A stretch of 64,000 bases of DNA from Felis catus (GCF_018350175.1 NC_058381.1:23436001-23500000); one strand, 5' to 3'. Numbered from the stretch's first letter, positions 1 through 14,492 are shown. The notes: a model not told the origin generated them from the letters alone. A program made the numbers and translations.

Positions 1-76
1 AGCCGTAGTTACTTACCCGAAGTGCACAGTCTTCCTTAATATAGTTTCATCTGAAGGTACATTCCAACTCCACTAG

Positions 77-340
<264 letters not shown>

Positions 341-1237
341 TGAACAGAAGCTGTGACTAAAGAATATAATTTGGTTGTTGAATCAACCAAATATAATTTG
401 GTTGTCTGGAGATAAAGGCATAAGTGAGATATTTATAACCTGCAAAGATGGAAATCATATCTTTCAGGTTTAAATTACAAAACAGTTTCTGTTTGTTTTG
501 TGATTCTAGATTTTTGAAGAAAAGTATTTTTTCCCCTCCTGACTATAAAAGCAATACAGTTTCAGACTAGTAACAGTCTTTTAGATGGAAGGGAAAGGAG
601 ATTTCAACAATATCTGCAGTATTACTTCTTTTTAAAAACTCTGATGCAGATATGGCAATTTGTTAACATGCTTTAAATTCAGAGTGACATATGTCAAAAC
701 TTACAGATCTGAGGTAGTGAAAGTTCCCTATAGTTCCCTGCTCAGATATAACCACCTGGAACAATTTGTTCTACATGCCCCTAGACATTTTTTTCTGTAT
801 ATAAATGACTATATTTTATAATTTTTCAATGGGATCATATTAAATATGCTGTTTTTTACCACTGTATCTCTTTTTTAAAGTTAATATTTCTTGGGCATCT
901 TTTCAGTACCTATTAATGTACCTCATGCATTTCTAACTGCTGTAGCTGGGAGACGTTGGGCAAGTTACTTAACTTCTTGAGTCTCCATATATTTTTTCTC
1001 TCAAATGAGACGAATGATACAGTTACATGAGCGGTATATGAAATACATCATTTAAAGTGCTTGGCAGATGCTTCCTGTTATCATGATTGAGTTTCCCATG
1101 TAGCAGAGGGCTAGCTTCTTACATAATGATTATCATAACAGATGGACATTGAAGTTTCTTCAGTGTTTCCACTATTTCAGAAAAAGGCTATGTTCCAAAT
1201 CCTCTCTGTGTGGGGAGTGTTTTTTAAGGACAGTATC

Positions 1238-1351
1238 TTTTTTTTTTAAGTTTTATTTATTTACGTGATCTCTACACACAACATGAGGCTTGAACTCATA
1301 ATCCTGAGATCAAGGGTTGGATGCTCTACCGACTAAGCCAGCCAGGCACCC
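1238..1351 (-). mobile_element. Short old Can-SINE (tRNA-derived)
   Basis: Poly-T head and ...ctctaccgactaagccagccaggcaccc end. Confidence 0.85.
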
Positions 1352-1750
1352 AAGGACTATTTCTTAATGAGAATGCTGAGTCAAAAGATCAATCTCGATC
1401 AGAATTGCCCTCTAGAAACCTGTTCCCACATACATTCCTTTGACTTTAAGAACTAGTGAGGCTGCTGTATCATAGAGATTCCCCGCTTCCAATCTCTGCT
1501 GCCACTTTTCCATCCCTATCACCTCCTTCCCACTACACACCTCCTGTTTTTTTTTTTCCTCCTTGCTCACCATTTGTACATGCTAGCTTATAAACATGTA
1601 CAGTAAGACCACTCTTTTCAGTGAGAACACTCTGTTCTTCTGGAAAATAATTAGTAGTTCATCACATCTCTCCTCTAGATCTTCTTTCTTTTCCCCTGTT
1701 GCATGATTTTTTTCATCATTGAAAGACTTCTTCATCCTAGGTGGTGCTAG

Positions 1751-1987
<237 letters not shown>

Positions 1988-2714
1988 TAAAGCTAGCTTT
2001 TATGCAGTATATATTAGGAGATCGTTCAAATGTTCATATGTAGGCATATGTCAAATTAAGAACTGAAAACAGTAAGCTGTGCTTTAAGTAAATTCATCAA
2101 AATTCTAAAACTTTACGTATGAATCTTCACTTAGGAAGCGAATAGCTTATGGTCTGTAGACAATTTAATTGTAGATCCTCTTAAACCTGTTTGTACTTGA
2201 AAGAGGAACCAGGGCTTCTCTTTGGCTCTTGGCCCACATAAGTAGACAGGCCAGTCAGATGGCAATTAGTAGGCTGCCTCCTTTCGTTTCTGAGCCTGCT
2301 GGTCGGTGGGAAGGTACCTCTCTGGGGACCCACCTTTCAGGTCAGCCAGGAAGCGGCCTCGGGTCAAAGCCATTTTTAACTTACCTTGATCGTGACTAAA
2401 ACTTTAAATCTTTCCCTGTCCCATCTCCCATATAGACAGCTAGATGTGGACATGGATAAGTGAAATAAAAATGATAGATTGTTTAAAAAAATCATAGATA
2501 AAATAATCGGATAAAACAGGTTGGATAAATTTTTAAACTTAATAAAAATGGTAAGTAAATAAAGTAAAATCAAACTTAAACTCATCTGACCAGACCAGAT
2601 CCACCCAGATGGGATTAAACTCTTCTGTAAGCCCTAAACCTTCAAGATACCAATTTTCTGTCCCTTTGAATTTCTTCAGTAAGATTCTAGACATTAATCG
2701 GTTCATCGATGTGA

Positions 2715-2981
<267 letters not shown>

Positions 2982-3509
2982 TGATTTGCATCCCTACTTG
3001 CGCCAAAGGCTGACCTTAAATTTGATTTCAGTTTTGGGTTTTTAGCATAGTAAATGTAAATTCATCAGACTGCTGAAAACACTGGTTAGAACATCTTATA
3101 TTTCTAAGAGGTCTAGGCAGTGTAAGAGCTATAGCAGCGGACATTCACTTTACGCCTGAAGCCGCACATCCTCGTTCCCCAAATGCTCGAGACCACAGGT
3201 CAACCCACTTTTTCTACAAAAGGCTAATTGGTAAATATTGTAGGTCTCTGTTACAACTGCCAGGTTTCCCAGCCTGTTCATATAGTTGCCATCTCCCTCA
3301 TGTTTCCATTGGAGAACCTAGAGCATACAGATATATGGGCCACTGTATTATATCTGGACGTGTATCCGGTATTACTTATAAAATGTTTATAATTCGAAAT
3401 TCTTCTACTCATTGAGTTACTCAACATTTACTGAATACTTGCTACATCCCAGACATTATGCTAAACATTAAGGATATAGATTCTGTTTTTAGGAGTTTAG
3501 GGGAGAAAC

Positions 3510-3612
3510 TCAGAGCCTACTTGGGATTTTCTCTCTCCCTCTGTCTCTGTCCCTCCCCTGCTTGCTCTCTCTCTCTCGCTCTCAAAATAAATAAATAAAC
3601 TTTTTTTTTTTA
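3510..3612 (+). mobile_element. Can-SINE 3' fragment
   Basis: (CT)n tract followed by caaaataaataaataaac tail. Confidence 0.7.
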
Positions 3613-3619
3613 AAGAATG

Positions 3620-4020
3620 AGTAGAGTACAAAAAGGAAGGAAAGTGTTGGTTATTTTTTTCCGCCAGAGGAAACAGAAGGTGCCTAGGCATAGAGGATGA
3701 GCATGTGTGCAGCCTATTTGTTAACCAGTAGTCTAGAGTGTCAGGTGCGTGCAGGAGAAGGCTGGGACAAGTAGATAGCAGAGGCCAAATCATAAGGGTC
3801 TTTTATAGTATGCTAAGGAGTTAGTTTTTATCTTACAGGTGGCAGAGATGAAGACTCTTATATAGGGGAGTGATATGATCAGATACACATCTAGGAAACA
3901 TCACTGTGGTAGCAAGTAAAAGGTGTGAGTCTGGGGCTATGTTAATAATACAAAATAGAAGTGATGAGGACCTTCCTTTCTTAAATTCAGGGGACCTTGA
4001 GAATGCAGAGGGAGGCCTAG
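3620..4020 (+). mobile_element. L2 relic
   Basis: ggccaaatcataagggtcttt...gttttatcttacagg...gtgatatgatcagatacac motifs. Confidence 0.65.
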
Positions 4021-4596
4021 ATTCCAAAGATATTTGGATGTCAGAAAGGAAGCAGGAGAAAAGAAAGAAACTGGCTCTTACTTACTATCTACAAAGCCTC
4101 AGTGACCTAAACCGTGCATTGTATATAGTGGATTAACGTCTCTCTTCTACATCTAGAGTGGTGCTAGCTATGGGTCTTATCTGGAAGAACTGAGAAAATT
4201 GTCACTCTAGTCATTTTCTATAGACTTGAAATCTGTTGCTGCTGAATGCTTTCACAACTGTGCAAGGAAAGTGGCATTAGCCTTATACTCACAGATCAGG
4301 AACTTCAAGCTAAGTGGAAGGTGAAATGATTTGCCCACAGTCACAGAGGTAGAATTTAAACCCAGGCTACCAGTATGGCTCTGTTGTACATACGTCATGC
4401 CTTGTTTCCTGTAGTCCAGTAGGGTGTGTGTAAGCACTTAGCACAGCACCTGACACACAGAGTATTAAGTAAGTGCCATTTTTTTCTCCTCTCCTCTTTT
4501 CTTCTTTCTTCAGACTACGTGTTGGGGACATATTTAGTAATTATCAAATGAGAAAGTACCAATAGCTCTCATATGTATGTTTTCATTTGCTCCTAA

Positions 4597-4899
<303 letters not shown>

Positions 4900-5029
4900 T
4901 AGTAGTATTTTGTTATGTTGTTACGCCTTCTAATCTCAGGTGCACATAAGTTAATAACTTTGCTTAAAAACCTGACTGCTACACAAGATTTAATTTGAAG
5001 ATTCATTTATGCTGGGCTCTGTGTCACTC

Positions 5030-5390
5030 TACATCTGCCTTGTCCCCTTCATCTGCCTTTGTACATGTTGTTCCTCTGCCTGGAATTTTCTTCCACTTTG
5101 TGTGCCTTCTTATTAACCACTACTCCACTTTGGTACGAGCTCAGCAATCATGTCCTCTGAGAAGCCTTTTCTTACTAGCGCCCCTGCTCCCCAATTCTGG
5201 CTTTGGTGCCTTCTTTGTGACCCTTTGGTGTATCTCCACCTTAGCATCGATCAAAATGCCCTGCAGTTGTCTCTTTAACTGTCCGTCTGTCTCTGCCCCT
5301 CGCAGGCTCCTTGGGGGCAGGGCGGGCTTTATGTCTGCCAGCCTCAGCACAGTGCCTGGCACATACTCACTACTCCTGATGCCAAGCTGT
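5030..5390 (-). mobile_element. L2 relic (explains ORF 4995-5582)
   Basis: cctctgcctggaat...gctccttgggggcagg...cagcacagtgcctggcacat motifs. Confidence 0.7.
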
Positions 5391-5609
5391 TGCCCTCTTA
5401 TTTTCTGTCTAGTTGTGTTTTATATTGTTTACTGTATTAACTTGTTATGTAAACAAATTGCTTTAGCATGTTTTGATTGCATTTTGAAAACTATTTCTTC
5501 AACTGTCACGTTGGCATATTTACTTTTGGGTTTATTCAGAAAGTTGAGTTTCTTAGTGCATCATGTGAGTTGGCTGGAATAAATAGAATTTCATGTTTGT
5601 ATTTTTTAA

Positions 5610-5834
<225 letters not shown>

Positions 5835-6552
5835 TGAGCATAATACCAGGAAAGTCTTTGTTGTTTTCCCTGCCTTATCTGGTCTCATCTGAACACAGCT
5901 CTCATTACTAACAATCCAACTCCTGACTCGAGAACCACAGGACAGGCAGGAGGACAGAACACGGGCATATGTGAGTAGCAGGCTGAGAACGCTCACACTA
6001 GGGGCCCTGCTGCCTAGGGCTTGCTTGGAGCCTGAGCTCACTGACTTGTAGCCTCTGTATCCCTTTGGAGCTGCACTGAGACAGCCGTGGTTCTTTCCCT
6101 TTTATGGGAATGTTGATTGCCATGGGATTTATAATAGGAAAAAATCAAAAGCAGTTTAAACACTCAGTGGAATATCTTCGTCCATAATGGTTACGAAGAA
6201 TACATAAAGCTTAGAAAAATGTCTATGATAAGAACACATAAGAAAACTTGTGGGTGACCCTTCAAAAGTTCTTACAGGGTGAAAAAAATAAACAGGCCTC
6301 AGTTAAGCACAAAAATTTCAAACATCCAATATCCTGAGTAGTTATACCAGCAGGAAATTTTCAGATTAACTGAATCAGTAGCAAATGAGAACCTGCAAGA
6401 AAAATGGAAAATAAGGGGTGACAAATAAGTCAGTACTGAAGCCATTCTTGTAAGTGAAAGGAAAAATACTATAAAGGTTAAAAAATACATACATTTGAAA
6501 AGCCTCCCCCAAAAATAAATAAATAAGAAAAAAAGAAAAAAAGAAAAGAAAA

Positions 6553-9376
6553 GCCTCCGGCTGCGGGGAGCTGCCAGCAGGAGCTGAGGAGATCGTCCTG
6601 TGGAGTAAGTGGCAGGCTAGGTAAACCACCCGCACTGCAGCTGCCCAGCCAAGGGGACAGCGAACGTATGAGTTTGGGATATGAGTACAGAGAGGTTATG
6701 GAGTTGGATCTCATGAAAGTGGATTGAAATCTGTGTCATGGTGTTTATGTCTTTATAGTTTTTAATGTTTACATTTGCCTTAGAGTGCCATGAGAAATTT
6801 TACATGCTGCAAAGTGGTCCTCCTTGATTTGGGTACCTTTTAGATATGGTCTTGCTCTTTAACTTTGATGAATGCAATGCAAGAAATGTGATGAAAAGGA
6901 AACGTATAGAACTTCCTTCTGGAGATGTCCTAGCTCCAGGACATGAAGGTCCTGGAGAAATGGAAAAGCAGTCATCATTTGTAGGATTTAGAAAGATCAA
7001 AGTAATGAGTAGAACTTGTCAGTTCCATGTAATGGCAAGTGAAATGATTGTAGCCAGAGCTTTGTCACAGATTTTAGGTTAGAAAGGTGTAAAGAAGTGT
7101 GATCATGGTCCACAGTGAGCCTTAGTACACACCTCTGCAAACTGTCCCTGTGCACCAAGACACGTGCTAGAAGCAAGTGTTGTGGTCGGTGATGTCAGTG
7201 AGAGAGACTTTTTACAAAGACTCCTAGAAAGTTGTGTGCAAAACTTAAAAGTTCACATAAATGCAATGGAGCAGCAATCGTTGATCAGAGCTAGATTAAA
7301 AGGTATAGTCATGTGTAAAAGCTGAGTGGTCATCTGCTCAAAGGCTCGTTGTAAGTATAGAGTTGGATGCCTGAAACATGACAGTAGTGCATCTTGCTGA
7401 AGTGCACAGTGATGACAGTTTCAAGTTCATGGCAGCTCTGGTATGACCTAGGGTAGATTCAACTGGAAGCACAGTTTTTATTGATATGCTGAGAAACTTT
7501 CCAAAGAAAAACGGACAGAAGGAAGGGGACTGGACTCTTCATTCAGAACACTGGCAATAGATTACTTTCGGGAAGTTGCAGTATGAAATGTTAGAGTGAT
7601 TAATTCCAAAGGAGAAAACTTAGAAATTTCCTTTAGGATTTGGCAGTGGGCAGTACTTGGGAAATGGTCATATTTTTACATGTTGGAAATATGCTTCAGA
7701 AAGCACATCCTGTATGTTTCCAGATGGCACAGAGCAAATTATCAATAAAAATACCATGACTAATTTATGAATTTCTTCTATAGGATTTCTTTGGGTGTTA
7801 AAAGGGTAGATTATGTGGCTATAGCAAGACTTGATCTAGGGAACAAACTATGGGACAAACTTTCTTGGTACCTTGAGAACTATCCCAATTTTCAAATTTC
7901 ATGATTTTTTATTTCTCTTTTGGAGAGCTATGAAATGTGGAAACAAATCAAAATCTAGAGTAATAGCCCTATAAGGAAAGAGAATAAAGCAGGTTTGTAA
8001 CTATCATGAACTGGTAGGTAGTCGGGTTTTCCCTTATATGGCCGACGAAGAACAGATGGCCTTGACTTGGATATCTCCAAATCTAGAGACCCCGACACAG
8101 TGTTCAAATGCCCCCACCCTAAAGGCAACCAACTTTAGGAGTGTGATCAAATAAAGTTAACCTTGAACATGTGTGCGGAATAATCAGTCCTGGGACAAAG
8201 CTAAAGAAGGGAACAACCAAGTACATTGAAACCTCACTGCTACCCACTCCCAGCCACGACTTCTTTATCATCCTCCCAGGAAGATTGAGACCAAACATAA
8301 AAAAAGGAAAAACTAAGGACTAACTGAGCTACCTCTGCAAACGTTTCTGCCACATCCATAAGTAGCAAAAAGGGGAAAGTGTTTTCCTGTTTCATTACCT
8401 TTGAACAAGTCTTCATGTCCAAGGAAGTGAAACTACCCCCTGGTGAAACAGAGCACACTGATGTTTATCAGATTGGAAAGTCTTCATCCATCATTGTAAA
8501 TATTCAGACAATAAAAACTTAACAAAATGAGTTCTCTGGAGAGCTGCCCCTCTTAAGATTTGCTTGCACATCAGTAATTTCTGCTGAAAGTGCTGATCAG
8601 AACTGGTAAATAGTATATTAAATATTGATGTAAGAATCAGTGAAGCAGAACTTGAATGATTCAGTGTCATAAGTAGCTTTTTTTTTTTTTTTTAGCAACA
8701 GAGATCTATTAAACAAGGTTTAAAGGAAATTAAATCAGACCTATGAGAAATATCATGTGATATAGTATTATATTTTTCATAGATTTCCTACCTCGGTGAT
8801 ATATTTCAGTGACTTTCCTTTTGTTTTCATTTGTGATGGTCATGGATACTTTTACCTCTTAGGGTACCAAAGTTAATGAGGCTAAAAACTTTTGGCTTTT
8901 GAATATCAGTTCATTTCTTTCCACAAGTTGGTTTTAAATTGTAATTGCTTTGTCACCTGTGGGAATCATGATTTTTTAACTGCCTTATAAAGAAATGGAG
9001 GTTCAGCATAGCATACCTTTATTCAGACCTGCCATCTAATCAGGGGTTGGCAAACTATGTTTCTGTATGACCCATGAGCTAAGAATACTTTTATACTTTT
9101 AAATTGTTGTTAAAAAAAAAACTTTTTAAAATGGCATTCCATGCCATGTGAAAATTATATGAAATTCAGATTCCATTGTCCATAAGTAAAATTTTATTGG
9201 AATATAGTCATATTTATTCTTTATTTAGCATCTGTCTTGTCATGGCTGAGTGGTTGCAACAGAGGCTGTGGCCTACAAAGTCTAAAATATAAAGTAGGTG
9301 CTACTGGTCCTTTGCAGAAAAAGTTTGGCAGCCCCTTATCTAAGTTTTTGTTGGGTCAGCTGACTTGTGACTTGAG
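6553..9376 (+). pseudogene. GALNT1: Processed pseudogene (retrocopy) of polypeptide N-acetylgalactosaminyltransferase 1, inside a HEATR6 intron
   Basis: Intronless degraded homology from ATG 6790 (MRNFTCCKVVL vs MRKFAYCKVVL) through [61 protein letters not shown] (7611-7646), [20 protein letters not shown] (7863-7886), NVETNQ and KGNQL to a TGA at about 8286; many stops, frameshifts and deletions; followed by sequence resembling the GALNT1 3' UTR. The stem region fits GALNT1 better than GALNT13. Confidence 0.9.
9041..9337 (+). mobile_element. MER58B-like hAT-Charlie DNA transposon
   Basis: Termini caggggttggcaaact...aagtttggcagcccct, characteristic internal gtgaaaattatatgaaattc; degenerate TSD around atctaa. 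Confidence 0.85.
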
Positions 9377-9513
9377 NNNNNNNNNNNNNNNNNNNNNNNN
9401 NNNNNNNNNNNNNNNNNNNNNNNNNNNNNNNNNNNNNNNNNNNNNNNNNNNNNNNNNNNNNNNNNNNNNNNNNNNNNNNNNNNNNNNNNNNNNNNNNNNN
9501 NNNNNNNNNNNNN
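9377..9513. other. Assembly gap (137 N)
   Basis: N run. Confidence 1.
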
Positions 9514-10440
9514 TTCCTAACTTAAATGATTATGCTTGATTCTGAAGACTTATATTGTCATACTACAAATTTATTCTCAGAGCGGTAAATCTTTAGTTTT
9601 TTGTTTGTGAGCCCACTCTACAAAAGATGCGCAGAAATGATTTATTCCTTAGTTACTTGGAGATGATATAATTGAAGATTTTCTGGAGAACCTTTTTCAC
9701 ACCAAACTCAGATATGCTTCATGGTGAGCAAATATTTAGATTAGAATTATAATGTTGATTCCCCACTTTTTAAATATCTGGAAGTATTTAGTTGGTATTT
9801 TGGGGGGCTAGCCAAAGAGGGTACAGTATTATATAACTGGTCCTACATTTATCACCTGCATTCCATTATGGTTAAATTGGCTTTCTTTTTATTTTTTTCT
9901 TACCTGATTTTTTGTTTGCTTGCTTTTAATGTTTATTTAATCATTTTGAGAGAGAGTGTGTGCAAGCAGGACAGGGGCAGAGAGAGAGGGAGAGAGATAT
10001 GGGACTCAGTCCCACAACGGCGAAATCATGACCTGAGCCGAAACCAAGATTCGGATGCTTAACTGACTGAGCCACCCAGGCTCCCCTCTTTCCTGATTTT
10101 TAATACCACGGAATCATCAGAGTACCAATTGAAAGTAATGCTTTAATCTTATAAACAAAATTTTGCTTCATTGACACTTTTCCTGACAAGTACAGCAGAC
10201 CATTGACAAAGGTGCACATATTTTCCTTTCCTTCCATAAGGTTATAGTTAATAGTTTTCCTTTCTTTGATTATCAAATACTCTCACTACAGGCAGTATTA
10301 TTTTCTGTACCTAAGACTGTTTCTGAAAAATTGGATCACTAATGATGCCTGCCAACTTGAATGTGCACAAAGTTCCTAATATACTGTTTAATTAACTTCG
10401 AGCACTCATGGATGCTTCAGTGTCGCATGTTTGGTGTGAA
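9514..10440 (+). pseudogene. Probable continuation of the GALNT1 retrocopy 3' UTR (boundary uncertain)
   Basis: Non-repeat AT-rich sequence continuing after the N gap, interrupted by a SINE; no clear poly(A) tail or TSD found. Confidence 0.35.
9908..10086 (-). mobile_element. Can-SINE
   Basis: gagccacccaggctcccc end, (GA)n tract, TSD-like cctgattttt on both sides. Confidence 0.9.
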
Positions 10441-10738
10441 ACAGACTCTAGACTTGGGTATTTTTTTTCCTACCCCACGAGCTATTTAGTTCTCTCTTTT
10501 TACTTGGCCTTATGCTTGAATAAACTAGACTTCTAATCTTTTAAGTTATTCTCATGTTCATGATTTCAGGGTTTTATATTATCATGTAGCTTAGACTTAC
10601 TCCTTCCTGTAAGAAAACCTAACAGCAATGTGATAGAAGTTTTTTTAAAGTGAGGGTGCAAGTGGCCTAGTTCATGGCTACTTTTAGGACCTGATAGATA
10701 ATCTTATTGCCTCTAATTTTCTAATTAAAATGATCCTA

Positions 10739-10944
10739 GGGGCGCCTGGGTGGCGCAGTCGGTTAAGCGTCCGACTTCGGCCAGGTCACAGTCTCGCGGT
10801 CTGTGAGTTCGAGCCCTGCGTCAGGCTCTGGGCTGATGGCTCGGAGCCTGGAGCCTGTTTCCGATTCTGTGTCTCCCTCTCTCTCTGCCCCTCCCCCGTC
10901 CATGCTCTGTCTCTCTCTGTCCCAAAAATAAACGTTGAAAAAAA
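10739..10944 (+). mobile_element. Young SINEC_Fc-type SINE
   Basis: Near-consensus feline SINE retaining CpGs; perfect 12-bp TSD aaaatgatccta (10727-10738 and 10945-10956). Confidence 0.97.
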
Positions 10945-11028
10945 AAAATGATCCTAAATACTTCAAAAATTAAAAACAAAAATAGGAAGAAGGGGATTTG
11001 ACTCCTGATTATTAACTAATAAAGGTGA

Positions 11029-11334
<306 letters not shown>

Positions 11335-11655
11335 TAATTTGACTTAAGAATAGAAGTAACAATTTTATTTAAAGTTTTCCTATTTGTTTTATTTAAAGCT
11401 ATTCTATTAAAAAAAAAAAAAGCTATCCTATTGTGCCTCCTCGCTTGATCTTACCTATACTCTTTGTATATCCAAATAAATGATTTACTAAAAATACTCC
11501 CATATTTTTAGTATTAAGTTGTACCAGTGAGAACACAAGTGCAAGTCCCCTAAAAAAAGGACAAAAAAGAAAAAAACTGATTTTCAAATGAGTCTTCATA
11601 GACTTTTCTTTTTTAATTAAATGCTATAACATTTTGTGTCTGTGCTGTGGCTTAA

Positions 11656-11799
<144 letters not shown>

Positions 11800-13072
11800 T
11801 AGTTTAAAATCGATTGCTCTTTTGTATCAATCAAATCTAGATTATTAGTTTTAAAAATATTGAGAGCATTTTTACAGCTCTAAGGTATCTCTACTCATTC
11901 TCAAGTTTTCAGGGAAAGCAGCTATTGGTAGAAGCCTGCTTTTGACCCCAGAAGCCCCAGTGGACACCTGGAAGAAGTGAGCTGGAGAATTAATTGTAAA
12001 GATTAGTGGTTCTTTGCTGCTGCAGTGTAGTGACTTTAGAATTCTGGTTGAGCCAAGTGCAGGGGGCCGGCGCTGGGGGGGTAGGGGGGGCAGTGCTCTG
12101 GCACACAATACGTAGTTTCTATCCTTAAGGCAGAAGTAAGGATGTGTGGACAATCACATAGACATCATCCTCTCTTTGGAAAGAAAAACTGGAATATAAA
12201 ACATAACTGCTGTAAGATTATCTCCTCTGCAGTTTAGATAAAATTCCAGAACTTCAACTCCCCCACTTACTGCAGAGTCTTATTTCTTGTTATTTCCTGA
12301 CTTACTCCCACACGTGATATATCTGTGCTATAAACATTTGCCTAGAGAACATTTGTTTTTCTTTTGCTAGCAAGCAGGCAATGAAAGTACTATGTGGTCT
12401 GTTATCCAGACCACATTCTGATAAGTTTTTCAGTCAGAGTTCTTGAAGGCAGCAGTGATGTTTCTGTGACGTCATGGGAGGGGTACTAGACCTGGAGTCA
12501 GGCTGAGGGTCTGCAGCCCATTCCCATTTCCTCCATCTCATAACTGTGGCTCTGTCAGAACCGTCATTTCCTCCTAACAGGAAGACGTTGACCTACCTCG
12601 GAAGATTTTTATAAGGCTTAAAGGAGATGATAATGTATACACATGTATCACTGGACATCACGGTCCAGTTCACTTGTTTCACCAATGTGTAAAATGGGAA
12701 AGATAAATCTTGCCTTTGACGTCTCTCATGTCAGTGGCAGAAGTAAGATTGAAACAACTCAGGTCTTTGGGCTCAGTCCCCTGCTCATTCCGCTGCACCA
12801 GCTTTTCTTCATCTGTAAACTGAGAGGAGTGGACCATGTCTCACGTCCCTCCCAAGTGTCTGGCTTTGTCTTTCAGCATTTTCATGAATAAAATGGTCAA
12901 ACCCTCAGAAACTTGAAAGCATAGTACAGTGAACATGTGCATATCTCTACCTAGACTTAACAGTTATTAACATTTGTCATATTTGCTTTGTCTCTGCATG
13001 TATCTGTATACATGTGTATACATATGTGTGTATAAATAGGTATATTTTTGAACCATTTGAAAGTAAACTTCT

Positions 13073-13311
13073 GGGGCACCTGGGTGGCTCAGTCGGTTAA
13101 GTGTCAGACTTCGGCTCAGGTCACAATCTCGCTGTTTGTGAATTCGAGCCCCACGTCGGGCTCCGGGCTGACAGCTCAGAGCCTGGAGCCTGCTTCGGAT
13201 TCTCTGTCTCCCTCTCTCTCTCCCCCCCTCCTGCTTGTGCTCTGTCTCTGTCTCTCAAAAATAAATAAATGTTAAAGAATTTTTTTGTTTTCATAAAAAA
13301 ATTTAAAAAAA
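13073..13311 (+). mobile_element. SINEC_Fc-type SINE
   Basis: ggggcacctgggtggctcag head; TSD gaaagtaaact (13059-13069 and 13312-13322). Confidence 0.96.
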
Positions 13312-13694
13312 GAAAGTAAACTCCAGACACGATATTTCATCCTGAATACCTCAGCATGCATCTTACAAGAACAAAGACAATTTCCTAAAAAACACATCCC
13401 CATTCTCACACCTAAGAAATCCACATCAATTCCATAATATTGTTTCGTATCTACTCCACATTCACATTTCACCATATATCTCAAAAAGTCTTCCCTTCCT
13501 TTTTGTGAGGACTTGGGTTCATTCCTGGTTCATGCATTTCGTGTCATTATTATGTCAGTTTAGTCTCTTCTAATCTAGAGTAGTCCCATCACCCTTTTGT
13601 TCTTTCACCACGCTGATTTGGGGAAGAGTCCAAGACCGTTGTCTTAAAGCCTGTTTTACCTTCTCAGTTTGCCAGATACGTTCTTTACAGTGTT

Positions 13695-13918
13695 ATTTTA
13701 TTTTTATTTATTTATTTTTTTAACGTTTATTTTTGAGACAGAGAGAGACAAAGCATGAACGGGGGAGGGTCAGAGAGAGGGAGACACAGAATCTGAAACA
13801 GGCTCCAGGCTCTGAGCTGTCAGCACAGAGCCCCACGCGGGGCTCGAACTCACGGACCGCGAGATCATGACCTGAGCCGAAGTCAGCCGCTTAACCGACT
13901 GAGCTACCCAGGCGCCCC
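13695..13918 (-). mobile_element. Young SINEC_Fc-type SINE
   Basis: Full length, CpG-rich; TSD tacagtgtt (13686-13694 and 13919-13927). Confidence 0.96.
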
Positions 13919-14081
13919 TACAGTGTTGTTTAAATTCTGTTTCTGTCCCATGTATTTCTATAAACTGGAAGTTGGGTCTGGAGGTTTCATTGGATTCAGG
14001 TTACACGAGGACGCCATCATTCTTCATTGTCTGCGGGCATAATTGTGATCCTTGCGATAGCTGTTCCCGCAGTGATAGTGA

Positions 14082-14492
<411 letters not shown>

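Larger units (their letters stand above)
12890..14030 (-). mobile_element. Ancient L1M (L1ME/L1MC-like) 3' fragment interrupted by two SINEs
   Basis: gaaagcatagtacagtgaac...acctagacttaacagttattaacattt motif typical of old L1 3' ends. Confidence 0.6.

Noticed and set aside
4995-5582. 195-aa ORF, the longest ORF in the track outside the HEATR6 exons
   Set aside because: It overlaps an antisense L2 relic and intronic AT-rich sequence, starts at a non-ATG codon and has no recognisable protein features.
6846-7082. 78-aa ORF MVLLFNFDECN...MASEMIVARALSQILG
   Set aside because: It is a remnant of the GALNT1 retrocopy stem region with compensating frameshifts; it lacks the signal-anchor and catalytic domain, and nothing indicates independent function.
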